DNA of 63,701 bases, filler included, from Octopus bimaculoides (GCF_001194135.2; 5 parts of 5 records of this genome joined end to end with filler, not necessarily neighbours in it); one strand, 5' to 3'. Shown: positions 48,609 through 60,810, counted from the first letter of the whole stretch. The notes: generated from the letters alone by a model not told the origin. Made by a program: numbers and translations.

Positions 48609-49172
48609 NNNNNNNNNNNNNNNNNNNNNNNNNNNNNNNNNNNNNNNNNNNNNNNNNNNNNNNNNNNNNNNNNNNNNNNNNNNNNNNNNNNNNNNNNNNN
48701 NNNNNNNNNNNNNNNNNNNNNNNNNNNNNNNNNNNNNNNNNNNNNNNNNNNNNNNNNNNNNNNNNNNNNNNNNNNNNNNNNNNNNNNNNNNNNNNNNNNN
48801 NNNNNNNNNNNNNNNNNNNNNNNNNNNNNNNNNNNNNNNNNNNNNNNNNNNNNNNNNNNNNNNNNNNNNNNNNNNNNNNNNNNNNNNNNNNNNNNNNNNN
48901 NNNNNNNNNNNNNNNNNNNNNNNNNNNNNNNNNNNNNNNNNNNNNNNNNNNNNNNNNNNNNNNNNNNNNNNNNNNNNNNNNNNNNNNNNNNNNNNNNNNN
49001 NNNNNNNNNNNNNNNNNNNNNNNNNNNNNNNNNNNNNNNNNNNNNNNNNNNNNNNNNNNNNNNNNNNNNNNNNNNNNNNNNNNNNNNNNNNNNNNNNNNN
49101 NNNNNNNNNNNNNNNNNNNNNNNNNNNNNNNNNNNNNNNNNNNNNNNNNNNNNNNNNNNNNNNNNNNNNNNA

Positions 49173-49554
49173 CAGGGTGATTCAAAAGTCGCCATACATA
49201 AGAATAATTTATTATTTTTTTATAAGAAACAGTTTATAAGAACAGTTTTTTTTATTTATTTAACAGGCTCTATATGGTTACCATATAGAGCTTGTTAAAT
49301 ACACATTGCAATACGTTTACCCCACTCATTGTGAACTAGTAATAGCACATCTGGTGATACGTGTGTAAAGGAGTTGGTGATGCGTTCCTTCAAATGATTT
49401 ATCTCTTTTATCTTTCCGTGATACACCATGCCTTTCAAATGACCCCAAAGACAGAAATCAAGAGGGGTCTGATCAGGGGACCTAGGGGATCTTATAAACC
49501 GTGTCTTATAAAAAATAAATTTTTCCTATGTATGGAGACTTTTGAATCACTCTG
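49173..49554 (-). mobile_element. maT/DD37D-like Tc1/mariner MITE with ~65-70-bp TIRs
   Basis: CAGGGTGATTCAAAAGTCGCCATACATA... at the left and ...TATGTATGGAGACTTTTGAATCACTCTG|TA at the right. The minus strand reads SPRSPDQTPLDFCLWGHLKGMVY...HLKERIT...KRIAMCI (PRSPDLTPLDF.LWG.LK motif). Confidence 0.88.
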
Positions 49555-49774
49555 TAGAAGAAATTTAGCCAAGTGGATCTCAAAAGGAAATTATGCAATT
49601 AAATATGTGTGTGTGTGTGTGTGTGTGTTATGAGTGGAGAGTAGTAAATAGCAACAAGCATTTAAAGACGAAAGGACTTATTACTGATAGTAAACTTTAT
49701 TACACACACACACACACACACACATGTATGTATGTATGTATGTGTGTGTGTATATGTTTAAATGAAATGAGACA

Positions 49775-49900
49775 ACAAAGCCAAGGCTGTGTGGAATTTT
49801 AAGGACATTTATAAAGAGAAAATTAGTCTTACAGCTGTTTCCGGGATATTAGGAATATCCCTTCAACAGAGACGATGTGAGATGGTTAAATAGAGGAAAA
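49775..49900 (-). mobile_element. Penelope-like terminal repeat segment (same family as 7865-7990)
   Basis: Collinear homology with 7865-7990. Contains a hammerhead motif. Confidence 0.7.
49826..49873 (-). ncRNA. Minimal type-I hammerhead ribozyme motif (one core change)
   Basis: Minus strand: GTCT-CTGTTGA-AGGGATAT(TCCTA)ATATCCCG-GAAAC-AGCT-GTA-AGAC. Stem I perfect, 7-bp stem II, A6->U. Confidence 0.8.
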
Positions 49901-49997
49901 TATTTGAGTTTAATATGAGGAGTTATTTTGGAAAAGGAACCAAATAAGGAGTATATAGGGAAAAATATAGGGAAATATGAATGTAGAAATAAAAATG

Positions 49998-50029
<32 letters not shown>

Positions 50030-50350
50030 NNNNNNNNNNNNNNNNNNNNNNNNNNNNNNNNNNNNNNNNNNNNNNNNNNNNNNNNNNNNNNNNNNNNNNN
50101 NNNNNNNNNNNNNNNNNNNNNNNNNNNNNNNNNNNNNNNNNNNNNNNNNNNNNNNNNNNNNNNNNNNNNNNNNNNNNNNNNNNNNNNNNNNNNNNNNNNN
50201 NNNNNNNNNNNNNNNNNNNNNNNNNNNNNNNNNNNNNNNNNNNNNNNNNNNNNNTATATAGGGAAGAATTCACAAAAAACAAAAGACCAAGACAGGTGGT
50301 GTAGACAACAAACAGATGTATTAGTATAGCGCTCCGGGAAGTGAAAAAGT

Positions 50351-50386
50351 CTTCAAAGTTTCGAGCCTACGCTCTTCTACAGAAAG
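50351..50386 (-). ncRNA. Degenerate hammerhead motif in another pLTR-like repeat (approx. 50255-50440)
   Basis: Minus strand: CTTT-CTGTAGA-A-GAGC(GTAG)GCTC-GAAAC-TTT-GAAG. Stem II perfect and stem I paired. Core A6 and the stem III G are mutated. Confidence 0.55.
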
Positions 50387-50769
50387 GAACACAGAAAGAA
50401 GCAAGAAGAGAAAATAAAGAATGTGTAGTGGCTTGGCCCTCACTTTACGTTTTACCTCCCGAAGTATATACATACATGCATAAATACGTATATGCACACA
50501 TATATACATAGAGACCTCTAGAATTTGTCCTAACACTGGTATCAGCTCTCTCACGTTGCACAGACAGGGTAGATATAGATTTATACCTGTTTCGGCGCGG
50601 AGAACGAAAAAAGCCTGAGGGGACACTATGGAGCATTGTTTGTCGAGCATTGTTACGTCTAATTTTGATGAAGTAACTGATCGAATGTACAGTGTCTGTT
50701 GGAATTTTGGCCTATGGGTTTTAAAAGAGATCTCTGGTAATCTACGATGAGGAGTTATGTTCTTGAATT

Positions 50770-50831
50770 CATGGGAAAAATTTATTTTTTATAAGACACG
50801 GTTTATAAGATCCCCTAGGTCCCCTCATCAG
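50770..50831 (+). mobile_element. 62-bp inverted fragment of the 49173-49554 MITE
   Basis: CATGGGAAAAATTTATTTTTTATAAGACACGGTTTATAAGATCCCCTAGGTCCCCTCATCAG is the reverse complement of about 49469-49530 with 2 differences. Confidence 0.9.
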
Positions 50832-51079
50832 TTACGTCAGGATTGGAACTTTCTTTCTTATTAGTCCAAAAAGAATGGTACTGAAGTTGAACTAGGTCGG
50901 ATAGGAAGTGGCAGAGAGCCGAAGCATTTAGTATTGTGCATTCTATATGAAGCCGTAATAACTGTCAGTTCACCGCCATTATATATGTATATGTACATAG
51001 ATACGTAAGTACATGTATGCATGTATATCCATCCATCCATGAACACATATATATTTATACACATGCATATATGGTATGG

Positions 51080-51139
<60 letters not shown>

Positions 51140-51142
<3 letters not shown>

Positions 51143-51302
51143 ACGAAATTTGAGTCAACAAGAAAGGGTACGGTTGGCCAATTTATATTTTAATCTCTAC
51201 AATTGTTTCGACGCAACGTAGTTCTCCAGGTCGAGACAATTGCAGTGATTAAAAAAATAAATGTTCAACCTTACCCCTTCTTGTTGACTCCAATTTCTTC
51301 AA
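51140..51302. repeat. Long foldback hairpin (73-nt arms, 17-nt loop)
   Basis: TTGACGAAATTTGAGTCAACAAGAAAGGGTACGGTTG...CTACAATTGTTTCGAC pairs with GTCGAGACAATTGCAG...CAACCTTACCCCTTCTTGTTGACTCCAATTTCTTCAA. Confidence 0.9.
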
Positions 51303-52020
51303 TTACCTATCCACACATGACAGATACGCAAACGCAACCTGGACGTACGTATAATACTACTACTGGGTTGCAGAGGGCAAATCTGAAAGAGGACGAACTC
51401 TATACTGTACTCTACTCCGTTCTTTTCAGAATATCCCATAACTGTATATATATATAATATCATTTTTCAACTACCTTGAATTAAATAACATGCTCATACA
51501 CGATTGGTTTAACAAAAGTTTCCTGGACGGTTGAAAATTCCCACCCTAGTCGTTTGCAAAGCAAAATTTCCATAAAGTGTTCGCAGCATGTTATGCGCAA
51601 GCATTTAGATTGAGGTCAGATACAATTAAGTGTCCTGCTTTCAGATGTGATTTAAAATCTACCGTTACACAACGACTGCTGAACTATGGCCTGGTATATA
51701 AACCATTATAGGAGTAATTGATTTCGACACATTGTAACAACACTGATGCAGTCACACACACAGTCACGCACACACACGTACACATTCACAAACGCCCACA
51801 CACATATATATGCACATACATACACACACACAGACACACAAAACAACGGATAGAGGCAGGCACGCATGCAATCTCAAGCACAATCACAGTTGTTGATAAC
51901 TGACATACATACATATATGAGTTTTTGTAAGTATACATGCATATCGTCACATGTACACATATCTGTATATATAATCGTATTTTCATAAAGGCATATCATA
52001 TATATATATATATATATATA

Positions 52021-52120
52021 NNNNNNNNNNNNNNNNNNNNNNNNNNNNNNNNNNNNNNNNNNNNTTAATTAATTAANNNNNNNNNNNNNNNNNNNNNNNN
52101 NNNNNNNNNNNNNNNNNNNN
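52021..52120. other. Artificial scaffold-join spacer N44-TTAATTAATTAA-N44
   Basis: Linker at 52065-52076, 44 N on each side. Confidence 0.95.
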
Positions 52121-52158
<38 letters not shown>

Positions 52159-52536
52159 ATAATTAAACGAATAGACGCCACATTAAGACAAACTACACAT
52201 ACCAGCGTAGACAATATATATTTCCTTCTCTTCCTCTTCCATATAATTGTGTGTGCGTATAGTTACTTATATTATAATAGGTGTGTGCGTGCGTGCGTGC
52301 GTGTGTGTATGTTTGTGTGTGTGTGCGTGTTTCTATGTTTTCGCTTGCGCGTGCGAAGCTCTCGTGTGGTATATACAGAAATAGATATGCTGTATAAACA
52401 TGACCAACTGCAAAGTAAACTCTCACTGAACACTGGTATTACTAAATATACAAAAACCGCATGATATAGATTTAAAGTCTAAATACGCAAAATATACGAT
52501 ATATTCACACATGCCATGGTTTCGCTAATTACTCAC

Positions 52537-52688
52537 AGGCAGAGACGCACTCTCGTTTGTCCCACTGCGACCCCAGTAGAAATTCCATGATGTGAGAGGT
52601 TGAAGAGGGAGAAGGCTGCAGCCGTTTTCGTTTCTTAGCTTCTTTATCGACCTGGATTTTGTACTGCAATGTTTGCCCCGGGTGAGAT
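52537..52688 (-). CDS. Candidate internal coding exon, unidentified protein
   Basis: Pyrimidine-rich ...TTCAG acceptor and CCT|GTGAGT donor. 152 nt (1+150+1), GC-richer than the flanks, reading SHPGQTLQYKIQVDKEAKKRKRLQPSPSSTSHIMEFLLGSQWDKRECVSA. A second frame is also open. No homology recognised. Confidence 0.4.
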
Positions 52689-53002
52689 CTGAATTCAATG
52701 TTGAAAGGGGCAGAACAAGTCTCTCATTTAACGCATCAACAAATATTCCTGCGCTATTGAATCTGCAGATCAATTTTCGCACGAACAAGCTAAAGATTCG
52801 AAGTCACTATCAACGTTTATCTTTTAAACCTGTATTGATATGTTATCTATTGAAATGGGATTGCCTCCTTTTCCAGTGTAATGGAAAATCATTTTCGTAT
52901 ATAATTTCAAATAGATAGATAGACAGATAGATTGATTGATTGATTGATTGATAGACTGATAGATTGATTGATAGAGAAGATAGAATGATTTATTGAGAGA
53001 TT

Positions 53003-53042
<40 letters not shown>

Positions 53043-53772
53043 TACAGACAGACAGACAAATATAAATATATATATATATAATTATATATATATATATATA
53101 TATNNNNNNNNNNNNNNNNNNNNNNNNNNNNNNNNNNNNNNNNNNNNNNNNNNNNNNNNNNNNNNNNNNNNNNNNNNNNNNNNNNNNNNNNNNNNNNNNN
53201 NNNNNNNNNNNNNNNNNNNNNNNNNNNNNNNNNNNNNNNNNNNNNNNNNNNNNNNNNNNNNNNNNNNNNNNNNNNNNNNNNNNNNNNNNNNNNNNNNNNN
53301 NNNNNNNNNNNNNNNNNNNNNNNNNNNNNNNNNNNNNNNNNNNNNNNNNNNNNNNNNNNNNNNNNNNNNNNNNNNNNNNNNNNNNNNNNNNNNNNNNNNN
53401 NNNNNNNNNNNNNNNNNNNNNNNNNNNNNNNNNNNNNNNNNNNNNNNNNNNNNNNNNNNNNNNNNNNNNNNNNNNNNNNNNNNNNNNNNNNNNNNNNNNN
53501 NNNNNNNNNNNNNNNNNNNNNNNNNNNNNNNNNNNNNNNNNNNNNNNNNNNNNNNNNNNNNNNNNNNNNNNNNNNNNNNNNNNNNNNNNNNNNNNNNNNN
53601 NNNNNNNNNNNNNNNNNNNNNNNNNNNNNNNNNNNNNNNNNNNNNTATATATATATATATATATATTATACATGTATTTATGTATGTGTGTATATCTATC
53701 TATGTGTATACAAACGAATTTATGCGTACGATATGCATGTATGCACACATTTATACATATACACACACGTGA

Positions 53773-53815
<43 letters not shown>

Positions 53816-54194
53816 CATAGAGTGAATAATTTTCCAGTTGTATCTAAAATTTCTGCTGAAATTTCACTGCAGATATAAATATGATGTATGCCTTCACCGT
53901 TATATGTTTTTCTTTGGTGCGGTAAATTCTTATTTTTTCATTCTTTTGTTTTACTTTTTTTTTTTTTTAAATCTCATTTCGTTTTCGTTCGTTTTCTATT
54001 TTGCCGTTGTATTTTCCTCAGAGATTTATTAGCAAGGATAAAAAAGCACCGCAGACTTAAAATAACATCGACAGTCCGCTATTAAAAAGAAACCCTAGCT
54101 TCTAAATATCAGTGGTAAAGTATTAATAGCACTGTTAATGTAAAGATCTAAATCTATGGAGTATATTAAACATTATTCTACCTTCGTTCAGATG

Positions 54195-54410
54195 ACAGAA
54201 TTGGAGAAGCGACTGACAAAATATTTTGCAGTATTTAGTTTCACATCAACTCTACTTACTTGAATTTCAATCCCACAGGAATCGATGTTGCTTTTATCAT
54301 TTCAATGTGTCGGTAAAATGAAATACAAGTACAGGTTTGCATCGGGGATCGTTAAATTCATAAGACCCACCCAAAAATTAAGTTTAGGTGCTCGTATTAA
54401 AAAAAAAAAT
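54195..54410 (+). mobile_element. Very old SINE family A-like copy
   Basis: TGACAAAATATTTTGCAGTATTT...TTTCAATCCCAC...GTCGGTAAAATGAAATACAAG...ATCGGGGATCG, followed by an A-rich tail. Confidence 0.4.
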
Positions 54411-54559
54411 CAGTTAGATAGCCTAGGGTTGTAGACACAATGTTAGGTTCGACAGTTATAATCAAGAAATGGATTCTGAATAAAAGTATGAGTTTCCAGA
54501 AAATAGGTGGCCACATGGTTTTGCATTTACGGCTGAGAATAATGTTTTGAATGGCAATT

Positions 54560-54946
54560 GGCTGCCAGCTGGCAGAAACGTTAGCACGCCGGGTGAAATG
54601 CTTAGCGGTGCCACTGCATTCTGAGTTCAAATTCCGCCGAGGTCGACTTTGCCTTTCATCCTTTCGGGGTCGATAAATTAAGTACCAGTTACGCACTGGG
54701 GTCGATATAATCGACTTAATCCGTTTGTCTGTCTTTGTTTGTCCCCTCTGTGTGTAGCCCCTTGTGGGCAGTAAAGAAATAGGTATTTCGTCTGTCTTTA
54801 CGTTCTGAGTTCAAATTTCGCCGAGGTCGACTTTGCCTTTCGTCCTTTTGGGGTCAATAAATTAAGTACCGGTTGTGTACTGGGATAGATCTAATCCACT
54901 GACTCCATCCCCATGAACTTCGGGCCTTGTGCCTAGAGTAGAAAAA
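54560..54946 (+). mobile_element. SINE family A, dimeric long form
   Basis: Monomer 1 at 54560-54782 and a headless monomer 2 at 54783-54946 both contain CTGAGTTCAAATT.CGCCGAGGTCGACTTTGCCTTTC.TCCTTT.GGGGTC.ATAAATTAAGTACC. Confidence 0.92.
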
Positions 54947-55125
54947 GAATGGTTGGCACATCGGACAAAATTGTTGAGCAGCATTTCTCCTGTGACTTTC
55001 TGTTCTGAGTTCAAATCCAGTCAAGGCCATCTTCCTTACCGAATCGAAAAAAAATAAGGTATTGGTCAAGTGGTGAAATCGACGTTATCGACTTGCTTCG
55101 CCCCTCAAATTTGCTGGTCTTGAAA
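54947..55125 (+). mobile_element. Old SINE family A copy in tandem
   Basis: GCAGCATTTCTCC...CTGAGTTCAAATCC...GTTATCGACTTGC...CCCTCAAATTTGCTGGTCTTG. Confidence 0.6.
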
Positions 55126-56219
55126 CTAGGTGTCCCTTTCGACAGAGTTGTGATAATCTTGGGCGCATGCACACGATAGAATCCAGGTAACCGGCCGAAT
55201 GAATCCTAAGGCCAAAGAGAAAATAATATGCATAATATGCCCTTTGAGGGCATATTCAAAAGGTAAATGAAAGCTATTTTTCTTAAAGTGTGGAATTGAA
55301 CGGCATTTTGTCAGGAGTCGCTTAATATACAATTATAATTATTGTAAATAAGTTAATGATCGATTTTCTGTACAGCACTACAGATAAAACTATCCATGAG
55401 GATTTGCGAGATTTTATTATCTACGAGATTTGCAAATGTACAAAACTGGGTTAGTTACGAGATGGATTTCGAAACACAATGCAATGTAAACAAGCAATGA
55501 TTTAAAGTTAAGAGAGTGCAACATCAACAATTTTGTCAAAGTGACTCTATATGCATGCAAAACTAATCACGCTGAAGATGATATCCGGATATTTTTCGTG
55601 CGGCATTAAACAAGGGAATTATAATGCGATTTGCAATGAGAAATTGTTAAATTGCTGCCTACATTTAATCATCAATAAACGGCCATTTAATTATAGTAAC
55701 TAAATCCTCAAATAAAACTCTGGTTACTATATAATATTACAATTAAGAGTCTTCTCAAAACATATGGAAAAATCAATTAGTTAATCCCCATCTTCGTACA
55801 AACGTAATCCCTCATTTTACAACGTTGAGATTTCTTATTAATCTGTTTTCTTTTCTTTCTTTCCTGTTTTTTTTTTCAATTTTATGGGTCACCTTACAAT
55901 CCTAAATACAACTTAAACTCTACATAAATATTAACCTCTACGGCCTCTCACAAGATATTTCTTTCTTAATTTTTCTTTTTTCATTTGTCTTTCTCAATTC
56001 CAACACTATACAGTTTTTATTTGTTTCTGCAAATCAAAAATTTATATAAAGACGTGATTGCTGACACATGTACAGCTAGAGGCTGCGCGCGCGCATGTGT
56101 GTGTTTGTGTGGTTTTCGCTAACCAGTTCTCTGCCAGCCAAGCTTCTCGTTAAGTGAATGTAATGTATTTTCCTAGATACCTACACATACGTATATATAT
56201 AAGTATGTCTATTTATATA

Positions 56220-56286
56220 GGCGTAGGAGTGGCTGTGTGGTAAGTAGCTTGCTCACCATCCACATGCAAACTGAAAGAAGACCGTC

Positions 56287-56290
<4 letters not shown>
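56220..56290 (+). mobile_element. SINE family B head with an internal deletion
   Basis: GGCGTAGGAGTGGCTGTGTGGTAAGTAGCTTGCTCACCATCCACATG joins directly to CAAACTGAAAGAAGACCGTCG. The B box and core are missing. Confidence 0.85.
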
Positions 56291-56340
<50 letters not shown>

Positions 56341-56771
56341 GCATATTTTTTATTTATACATATATACTGATGTTTCCGTGTATATGTGTATATGTGAAGG
56401 AATATTTACGTGTATGTATATATGCATATAGGTGTAAACATCTATGTTTGTGTATTTATGTGCATATGTAAATATCTAATGACATATGATCATAATCATG
56501 GCTATCATCATCGTCATTATCTGCTCTGTGTGGATTACAAGCCAAACACAGGCGACGATAACGGAATTGTCCAAATGATTAACATTGAATTTATTATCAT
56601 CTTAACAATGTGAGGTTCAGAATGTTGTGGTATACGTGACTAGACCAGAAAAGACCCGTACTTACTTTTATCGCTAGTTTCGAATTGTAAGGGGAACAAT
56701 AATAATTTCTCATTCGAAAAGAGAAAGATGAAATATTTATGATGTAATTCTCCAATAATCTATAGCTTTGA

Positions 56772-56862
<91 letters not shown>

Positions 56863-57371
56863 GTATATGTATGTATGTATGCACAAGATAATTCAATGTA
56901 TAAGAAGACTAATACGTCTACTCATTCTTCTTATTCCTTGAATTATCTCGGTTATACAAACTGGAAGCTATAATCTATATAGGCGAACACAGGATTTTAC
57001 CCATTAGATGAAATACACTGGGGGTAATTTTACCTCGAATAGCCCAACGTTGTTCTTTGCCACTCGATGCAGTTAGCCATAGCTTCGATTACAATAGACT
57101 GCTTGAATCGTACTCTCCTGGATATACACATGTGTTGTGGGCACATTGGTGTAATGGTAGCCAACATAGAGGTGTGGGTTCGAGTCACATGCGTACTGAA
57201 AACCGACTTTTTCCCGTCGAGGTTTTACATGCCCTTATATTAAACTATTGTCAATACATAGTAATCGCTTATAAGCTTTAAGCATATAAAATAATATTAT
57301 TGCTATTTACAGAATTGTAAAACTCGGCACCGCTTATCAAATCATCTCAGAAAACGCACATGCTTGTTTAT

Positions 57372-57439
<68 letters not shown>

Positions 57440-57440
<1 letters not shown>

Positions 57441-57532
57441 GAAGACATCCAAGATGCCGCCAATGCGATTCAAGGCCAAACTAAGTGATTGCACGGCGAG
57501 ATTCTTAATCACACAAGCTCAGCCTGGTCATG
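57440..57532 (-). mobile_element. Degenerate SINE family B head
   Basis: Reverse complement: GGCTGAGCTTGTGTGATTAAGAATCTCGC...TTGAATCGCATTGGCGGCATCTTGGATGTCTTCTG. Confidence 0.5.
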
Positions 57533-57882
57533 AGATTTTAGTTTATTATTTTATTTGCGTTGTGTAGCGCTAAGTCAACAAAAGTTGAAAGAACCTACAA
57601 TGTGAAACAAAAACTGTGAAAAAACGGAATTAATCGGTTTTCGATATCAACATACTGTAGAACCACAGCAGACAGATTTCTATACTGAGAATTATTTTGG
57701 CAAATTCTTTAACAGTTCTACCAACCGCAGCAGTCTTTCACTAACGGGTATTAACTCAACTCTTAAGGTTTTAGATAGATAATCAGATTTAGACATTATA
57801 TACAGAAAATATAGCAAAAACAGACTGATGCATATCACCTGATTGCTAAGAGAGGATTACAGCATTTGAAAGAAATTTCATT

Positions 57883-57917
<35 letters not shown>

Positions 57918-58017
57918 NNNNNNNNNNNNNNNNNNNNNNNNNNNNNNNNNNNNNNNNNNNNTTAATTAATTAANNNNNNNNNNNNNNNNNNNNNNNNNNN
58001 NNNNNNNNNNNNNNNNN
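57918..58017. other. Artificial scaffold-join spacer N44-TTAATTAATTAA-N44
   Basis: Linker at 57962-57973, 44 N on each side. Confidence 0.95.
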
Positions 58018-58075
<58 letters not shown>

Positions 58076-59377
58076 CCTCACACACACTCATTTTCTTTTA
58101 TTCCCTGATCCCGCTTCCCTTTCCCTACCGTCTTAGGAAAGACGGGCATATTTGATGGATAACGTAGTCCTAGACATACTATATTTGAATATAAGATGAC
58201 ATGGTCACGGTTGGAAATCCATGACTGATCATTGTCTAAACAATAATAACATCAACACCAAGTTTGATTTGTCATTTCTTACGGCGAAAGGTTGTTGTCT
58301 GGGGAAGATTTGAGAGAAACACAGAGAGAGAGGAAGAAAATAAAGGTATCCACGTCGGTTCTTGTTGAATGACGTGTCTAGCAACAGCGCCGTCCTAGAT
58401 CGGCGAACAATACCAGACGTGTATTGGGAGTTGTGGGTTTTTTCTTTGTGTCTGAAATTATTGACGCTGTTTCAGTTGTCGTATAACCAACGGCTAAACA
58501 TAACGGACAACTTTGATCAAAGAAGTTCCATTTTTCGTCATTTTGGTTTTCTTATCAATCAAACACAATACATCCAAGACTATCATAATCAATGTGTCCT
58601 ACTTTTTAAAATGTCTGGGTTAAATTTTAGCGATATTTTGCTGTTATTTTTGCATGTCGAGCAACCTCATATGGCAGGAAGAAATGAACTCATCCACCTT
58701 ATTTAGTTTCACCTCTAAAAACCATAAAATGTAGATTAATTGATTCTTAAGACCTAAACTGTATTTTCACAACAATTTAATATTTTACTTTGTTTTGACA
58801 AGATTCTTAATGTGAATTCGTGTGTTGAAACAAATCTCTGTGATTATTTTGGACTCTCCCTAGACGCAACAAGATTCTATATTTAAAGTTTCTCAGAGCC
58901 ATTCATTCATTACTTTTCTCGGTACTGTTGTACCCTGTTGGGTTGTCATGCACTTGTTTATCACTGTTGACAGCCAAAGTTCGCTCAACCTTGAAATACA
59001 GGCTGCTTGACTGACTGGCTGGTGTTTCACGTAGACATTGTTATGTGACTGCTACTTTAAGAAGTCATCATTGATATATCTCGTTAGAATATTCGACACG
59101 TCATTATTTTTGTCAAGGCTCTCATCAAGAAATGCGATATCGGTCATTGACAAAAACTATTTCCAAAGGTTTATTTACAAATGTCGTTGACATTACATCA
59201 GTTTTCTCTTGCTGGTTATCACTGAAGTTGTGTTTCTTTATGTCATACATCGAGGATTGACCTCATTAACAGAACGTAGTCGGGTTATTTTTAATCATAA
59301 ATACACAGCAAGCATACCCGAACGTACACAATTATTTCCTTCTACGATAGGCACAATGTTTAGAAATTTAAGGGCAG

Positions 59378-59500
59378 GCAGCTGGTACTTATTTTATCAA
59401 CCCTGAAGAGTTGAAAGAAACTCGATCTCGGAGGAATTTGAACTCAGAACATAAAGAGCAGGAAGAAACGTCGTTAACCATTTTGCCCGACGCACAAACG
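59378..59500 (-). mobile_element. SINE family A fragment
   Basis: CTGGTACTTATTTTATCAACCCTGAAG...TCTCGGAGGAATTTGAACTCAGAAC. Confidence 0.8.
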
Positions 59501-60450
59501 TTGGAATGAGAAGGAAACAGCGAAGAATGGCTGAGCGCAGAATGAGTAGATAGAAAACATAGCCTCTTGTTGCTTATGAAGCCATAAAGAGGAAATCAGG
59601 AGGAGATGATGAGCAGTGATTGGGTCACCTCTGCTGACCCACCGATGAGAGAGTATTGCAGTTCAGTGTCGAAACAGCCAATGATCGTTGGATACCATCT
59701 GGCCAAAACTGCATTCACTTTGTTCGAGGTGTTATCAATAACATAGACTGAACTAAAACGCATATCCACCATATAAATTATAAATACAAGTTTTTTTATG
59801 AGCACAGACATGCACGCGCGCGCGTCACCGATTCGGACGATCAGAAACTCCCGATGTAGATCTTAACTGAAACAAAAGAGCCTGCTGCTTGGTTCGGGAC
59901 CACCTTGAATTCTTTAAATGAAAAGACTTTAGAAAAAAATCCGAAAGGAAACCAAACGCATACACGAGCATTATAAGTGAAGTTTTGTAAAAGTAAGCAA
60001 CGGAATTTGAAAGTTGGTCTCAACGATGGCGGAAATGCATCGCATGTAATTGAGATTGTGTTTATATGGAGACTGTGTTTAGATAGAAAGAATTACTCTC
60101 GCAACATGTGTCAGTTGAACGGCCTAAATAAACGTTTGCCCACTTTTAAGTTACTGTCGACAAGACCCACATGTGCGTGAGTTTGTGTATTTATGTGTGT
60201 GTGTGTGTGTGTGTGGCTATTTGTTCACAACTTTTTCCACCTTGTAAGGGTAACTAGACCCCATTTTCCTGCCGTTTTAACGGCGATGCTGCGTTCGAAA
60301 TATCCCCTTCTTGTCTGTAGCGTACGATGCACATTCGACGCTTCTAACAAACAAACGTAAGTTTGTTTACATGCACGTGCTTGTTATAAATACATACATG
60401 CGCGCGCGTGTGTGTGTGTGTGTGTGTGTCTGTGTGTGTGTGTGTATGTT

Positions 60451-60810
60451 TCTTTTATTCTGTTAGTTTCAGTCATTTGACTGCGGCCATGCTGGAGCAC
60501 CGCCTTTAGTCGAACAAATCGACCCCAAGACTTATATTTTGTAAGCCTAGTACTTATTCCATTGGTCTCTTTTGCTGAACCCCTAAGTTACGCGGGATGT
60601 AAACGCACCAACGTCAGTTGTCGAGCAATGGCGGGAGGGGGAGGGACAAACACAGATACACAAACACATGCATACATACAAAATCCACCCACAAGTCTTT
60701 TGTCTGCCCGAGGTTATAGTAGAAGACACTGGCCCAAGATTCCACACAGTGGGATTGAACCCAGAACCATGTGGTTGAGAAGGAAGCTTCTTGCCTCACA
60801 GCAACTCCTA
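60451..60810 (-). mobile_element. SINE family B, full length with deletions
   Basis: TTTCAGTCATTTGACTGCGGCCATGCTGGAGCACCGCC...GTGGGATTGAACCCAGAACCATGTGGTTG...CACAGCAACTCC. Confidence 0.9.

Noticed and set aside
51192-51237. Hammerhead-like CTGGAGA...GAAACAATTGTA on the minus strand
   Set aside because: Stem I is out of register by 3 nt, the core is mutated, and the pairing is explained by the larger foldback at 51140-51302.
59640-59710. Hammerhead-like CCGATGA...GTCGAAAC
   Set aside because: Stem II is poorly paired and there is no GUH/stem I closure.
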